A DNA stretch of 64,000 nt from Paramoeba atlantica (Eukaryota > Protista > Discosea): assembly GCA_977017575.1 (NCBI GenBank), contig CDRNVI010000002.1, forward strand, positions 1 through 64,000. The letters run 5' to 3'. Shown piece after piece: positions 60,089 through 64,000 of the stretch (the stretch's first letter is position 1; each line of letters begins with the position of its first letter). The position numbers and the translations under genes were made by a program. The notes beneath the pieces were generated by a model, which was given only the letters and a program-made list of their open reading frames with translations, searched no databases and was not told the DNA's origin.

Positions 60089-61282
60089 TTATCGCTTTGC
60101 AAGAAGACTTACTGCTAAAGATACCCCACAGCCTACAAATGCTCCTGCTTGTTCGGACGCACCCAGCTTAGAAGCCACTGGAGCTTCGGCTCGAAAATAC
60201 AGCGCCGAGTTCAGTAACGCGAAAAGAATAGAATCCACAAAGCTGCACGGAACCGTCAGCCACTGACCCCATGCATCACGGCATAACACCACCAACAGAG
60301 TCGTCATAAACTGTATCACCGTCAGGGCAAGCAGTGGGCTCGTACCCCATCTCGCAATACGCTTTCGATACACGGCAGCGAGAATCCGCGACAGTGCGGC
60401 CCCACCACGACCCGAAAACAAAAACACCAGCAACACATCTCGCCGTGTAACAATCCACGAAGACATTCCATGAAGAAAAAAATTCACCACCGAAATCGCA
60501 AACTGCAGCGCGAGCAACAGATTCACCGAAGAGCTCTTCGGCACCTCTCCCTCCCCCTCTACGCCCCCCCGTCTCGACGAACGCGTCGCCTTGCCGCTCC
60601 TCCCCGGCAGCAGCAGCAGCTGTCCCCCCGCCAGCGGGGTCCCCACCACCGCCGCGGCCGCGAGCACGCAAAACACGCTCATCACGTAGCACGCGACATC
60701 GAGACTGAACCGGGGCCTGTCCCGGGACCCCGCCTGCTGGGCGGTCGCTACCCCATACGGGAGCAACGAGGTCCCGAGCGTGGCCACCGACAGCACCGAG
60801 ACATGCGTCAGGCGCCCCGGCATCTCCCCCGCGTAGTGCCACATGGTGAGGTTCGACAGCGACCCCGCGGCCCCGGCGACCAGCGTGCAGAGCAGCAGCC
60901 CGAGCGAGAGCCCCGGGGTGCGGTGGTGGACCAGGTGGGGGGTGGAGAGGAAGGCGGCCAGGTAGAGCAGCAGCCAAACCAGCACCGCGTTGCGGAGCCC
61001 GGGGAGCGAGCGCACGGTGAGGCGCCACAGGGTCGCACGGAAGAGCAAAACGAGAAGGGAGCCGAGCTGGAGCGCCACCGCGAGGTAGGCGCCCAGGGCG
61101 TAGCCCTCGGGGGGGAGGGGGTGGAGCAGGAGGGGGAGCTCGGCGAAGATCAGGTTGATGTAGAGCCAGCAGCAGAAGCCGAGGAGAACCATGGTGAGGT
61201 GGGAAAGGTGAAGGGGGGGGAACCACCGCGGAGGGGGTTGTTCGTCGTGAACGGGGTGGGGAGGGGTCTTGTTACTTGTCAT
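60089..61282 (-). CDS. SLC52/RFVT-family riboflavin transporter-like membrane protein
   Basis: LLGFCCWLYINLIFAELPLLLHPLPPEGYALGAYLAVALQLGSL aligns with SLC52 FGMGSWxxxNxxxxELP..LPEGWSLPSYL; about 11 TM; terminal QAGAFVG. Confidence 0.75.
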   Translation of the reverse strand: MTSNKTPPHPVHDEQPPPRWFPPLHLSHLTMVLLGFCCWLYINLIFAELPLLLHPLPPEGYALGAYLAVALQLGSLLVLLFRATLWRLTVRSLPGLRNAVLVWLLLYLAAFLSTPHLVHHRTPGLSLGLLLCTLVAGAAGSLSNLTMWHYAGEMPGRLTHVSVLSVATLGTSLLPYGVATAQQAGSRDRPRFSLDVACYVMSVFCVLAAAAVVGTPLAGGQLLLLPGRSGKATRSSRRGGVEGEGEVPKSSSVNLLLALQFAISVVNFFLHGMSSWIVTRRDVLLVFLFSGRGGAALSRILAAVYRKRIARWGTSPLLALTVIQFMTTLLVVLCRDAWGQWLTVPCSFVDSILFALLNSALYFRAEAPVASKLGASEQAGAFVGCGVSLAVSLLAKR

Positions 61283-61518
61283 GCCTTTGGTATTAAAACG
61301 TGCCGGTTATGGGTTTCATGGCGGTGTGAAGAATAGTGTATTCAAGATGTATTCTATGTGAGGTCGTGAGCTAAAAAAAGGAAAATCGATAGAGCTAAGG
61401 TAATAAAATATTGTAAATGTTGTATTCGGCACATTTCATTTTTGTATTCGGCACCTTTCATTTGCTTAGCTATTCTTTACGTACTACAAGTGTTTTAAAT
61501 AATATTACAATAAGAGAT

Positions 61519-63042
61519 TTAAATATTGCTTTCACGAGGTTCAGGAGGTTGAGGTGCAGGTCCGTCACGTAAAGGAATGTCAGGAAAGGGGTCGGCACGG
61601 CTAAGTTTCAGCACATTGTAATCAAGGTAGATGCAACCATTAATGTATTGACCAAGCACTAGGGGGATCAAGTAGTGATCCCTGAAGTGCTCAACGGTGG
61701 GGAATATGGGAGATAGTGCAAGGTGAAACCTTTTCGATGATTCTGGTACTGCCGCCTCGTTTTCCGACGTTTCACTGGCTTTGAATGCGTAATCAAACAG
61801 GTGCTCAGCGGAATGCCATAGCTCTTGCAAGTCGACTTGCGTTTCTGAAGGCGCAGATAAGGAAGCATAATATCTCAGAACAAGATTTCGAGCGACAATC
61901 AATCTTACGGCCATGAGAGGGAACAATACGCCGTATCGTGCATACTCTTTCAAATGAGTTATCATACAGGCTTGATAAACATCGAGACGGCCACTCTGTA
62001 CAGCGAGGGTAATTCCATGTAGACACGAGAGATCATGCTCAGCTATCGCCCTGGTGGAAAGCAAATAACCTCTTGCCAAGTTCAAGGATGCCCATAAAAG
62101 CAGGATCGTGCGTTTGTGATGCGGGAGATTGTATGAGATAGCTTTTACTAGGGTTAACTCCGCGGTAAGTAGATTTCCGTTATGTATGTGATACAGAGCA
62201 AAATAACAATAGAGAAGCGACGCCAGGTCATGTGAACAAGCAAGAGAGCATCTATCTACTTCTTCGCACGTTAAAACTATACTAACAGAAAATGGTGATA
62301 GACGCCAAAGCTCAATAAGGAACACACTTATAGCCCTTTGAGCATTTTTGAAATGTTCCCCTACATGCATCTTTTCATGTGAAACAGTTGGAAGTTTTTG
62401 CAAGCTCCGTATTTTCCTTAGCAAAACCATGTAACCCTTGATCAGCTCCTTCTTCAAAATCGATATTGGGTCCATTTCTGTACCCCCAACAGCTGAAAGC
62501 AATCTAGCGCAAATTCGGGCTCTCTCGCAAAAAATTGGAACCAAGCATACGTCCGGATGACGGGTTACGTGCTGTAGGCTTGGACTTAACACTGAATCTA
62601 CATAGAAATGAAGTGCAGTGCAAGCCCTCTCTACTGCAACTGTGAGACACTTCTCGAATAAATCATGCCCATTTCGGGCCTGATCTGTCAGATAATTTAC
62701 ATTTGAAAGAAGGCTGCAAAGTATAACCCATTGAAACTTTCGCGGGAATCTCTTACTCACGAATTGAGGGGTACGTGAAGTAGAATGTAGTTTCTCCAGC
62801 ACAGCCTTAATATTCTTTTCGTAACGAAAATCCTTACGCACTGGTTTTGCCGGAATGCCGGTCACAGGTTGTGTTTCTTCGGCGTCGCATACAAGAGCTT
62901 CCTCACAAATCCTTTTCGCCTCGTACAAATCGTCTGTACCACATCCAGAGTTAAAGGCTATACTACATAGAGACGTGACAGCTTCCTGCGACGAATTGTT
63001 CAGATAGGCTGTTCGGAATTGCTTCAAGGTGCTTTCGAGCAT
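61519..63042 (-). CDS. PCID2: PCI-domain protein, PCID2/Thp1/CSN12-like
   Basis: HKRTILLLW..LARG..LAVQSGRL..YGVL..VRLIVARNL..YINGCI..LKLSRADPFP. Confidence 0.7.
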   Translation of the reverse strand: MLESTLKQFRTAYLNNSSQEAVTSLCSIAFNSGCGTDDLYEAKRICEEALVCDAEETQPVTGIPAKPVRKDFRYEKNIKAVLEKLHSTSRTPQFVSKRFPRKFQWVILCSLLSNVNYLTDQARNGHDLFEKCLTVAVERACTALHFYVDSVLSPSLQHVTRHPDVCLVPIFCERARICARLLSAVGGTEMDPISILKKELIKGYMVLLRKIRSLQKLPTVSHEKMHVGEHFKNAQRAISVFLIELWRLSPFSVSIVLTCEEVDRCSLACSHDLASLLYCYFALYHIHNGNLLTAELTLVKAISYNLPHHKRTILLLWASLNLARGYLLSTRAIAEHDLSCLHGITLAVQSGRLDVYQACMITHLKEYARYGVLFPLMAVRLIVARNLVLRYYASLSAPSETQVDLQELWHSAEHLFDYAFKASETSENEAAVPESSKRFHLALSPIFPTVEHFRDHYLIPLVLGQYINGCIYLDYNVLKLSRADPFPDIPLRDGPAPQPPEPRESNI

Positions 63043-63592
63043 TTACATATCAGTTTTCGAAAGGTTGACAAACGAGAAGGGTAATGGGACGCTTTCGATT
63101 TGTTTTAGAAAGCATACCGAACGAAATAATTTAAAGTTACAAATTGTTTTCATCATTACTGAACTTTATTATTTAGCGCACATTTACTTCCACTACATAT
63201 TACGTTTTTACTACTACGTAGTACTTTCGCATTCCTGATGCAGAATTCAGCATCATTCAGATGAATTGCTCTAGAAATAATAGAATATTGTCGCTATATG
63301 ATGCAAGATAAAGGATTAAATTCACCCGAAAAACAGGAATTGAACAGCAAATGCATAGTCAGTCATTCACATTTCTCAAAAAAAAGCGTTAACCCAGCTA
63401 GAAAAAGGGCTAAAGTTTGGAGTCTAGGTTTTGTTTTCAATCGCTGAGTATAATCTTTTCCCGAATAGACGTTGCAAGGCTGGTCGCCAAAGTGCTCGTG
63501 AGTGGTTGCAACTTGAGAGTAGTGATTAAGATTGAAACAAAGTACAGGAGCTAGCCATTTAACGTTTGAGACAAATTTATAAATTTCTGGCA

Positions 63593-64000
63593 CTAACGTT
63601 TTTGTACTACAAAAGCAGTACTTGTGTGTACTTCTATTTTGAGGTTCAAAATGACATATGAGGTAAAAGCAGCTCCCGAATCTGAAGATTTTTCATGTCC
63701 AAAAGTGGAAGTATTAATCGACTTCTTTGTCACAATTTCCAGATTGTCCAAAGGAAAGGTTTCAATTTCGCAGAAAGAGCCGTTGTCTTGTGCTTTCTTC
63801 TTTGGAGGGGCTGTGCCTGTGTGAACTAACACATTAACGCTTGGTAATTCGATACAGTTCGGATATTTTGCGCGGTATGCGGGAGGAAGTCTACGGCAAA
63901 CATGAGCAGCTGTACGCAACGCGATGGGAATTGTGCGCCCCACCGCTCGAATCTTCATGGATCGAACTCCCTTAATCAGCATAGAAATTATGTAGTCGGT
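63593..64000 (-). CDS. Alba-like (Rpp20/Rpp25-type) protein, 5' end beyond the window
   Basis: Frame open to the window end: YIISMLIKGVRSMKIRAVGRTIPIALRTAAHV, the Alba beta1-helix pattern. Confidence 0.45.
   Translation of the reverse strand, partial: TDYIISMLIKGVRSMKIRAVGRTIPIALRTAAHVCRRLPPAYRAKYPNCIELPSVNVLVHTGTAPPKKKAQDNGSFCEIETFPLDNLEIVTKKSINTSTFGHEKSSDSGAAFTSYVILNLKIEVHTSTAFVVQKR

Larger units (their letters stand above)
4291..64000 (-). other. Single directional (polycistronic) gene cluster
   Basis: Every recognisable host CDS is on the minus strand, intronless, with short spacers, as expected for kinetoplastid polycistronic transcription. Confidence 0.9.

Noticed and set aside
58982-61336. 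Long plus-strand ORFs (e.g. 60470-61336, 58990-59427, 59226-59768) and the alternate-frame ORF 60276-61226
   Set aside because: Shadow ORFs of GC-rich minus-strand genes; low-complexity products with no motifs

Overview
Eukaryotic, kinetoplastid-type genomic DNA. KMP-11, a split SDH2C, kinetoplastid-type QCR7/COX IX and spliced-leader (SL) sequence point to this group; the compact, divergent genes suggest a Perkinsela-like/prokinetoplastid lineage (inference). About 30 intronless host genes lie head-to-tail on the minus strand from 4.3 kb to the window end, forming one polycistronic unit. They include an RNB exoribonuclease, SDH2C, a BTB protein, LRR paralogues, two J-domain proteins, a Ded1-like helicase, KMP-11, Snf2, ORC5-like, PEX13-like, SHOC1-like, ERK7/8-type MAPK, SRPK, UTP21, LSm7, GPN1, TYW1, RPC40, RPN8, QCR7, COX IX, mL40, an SLC52-type transporter, PCID2 and an Alba-like protein. 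Mobile DNA is concentrated at 1-4.3 kb, 28.3-29.3 kb, 37.1-43.0 kb and 50.6-51.0 kb: an RTE-like RT, a TATE/VIPER-like RT, a pogo-like DDE transposon with related MITEs, a 69-bp-TIR element carrying a SWIM-finger remnant plus its 103-bp hairpin derivatives, and a degenerate CRE/SLACS-like element with Zn fingers, a ubiquitin-like domain and a 2A-like motif. Most striking are two ~0.6-kb non-coding, highly structured inserts. Each starts with the 3' part of the SL exon and carries CATAACC at or near its far end, and one cleanly splits an LRR gene. All family calls come from motif recognition by eye; no database searches were run.
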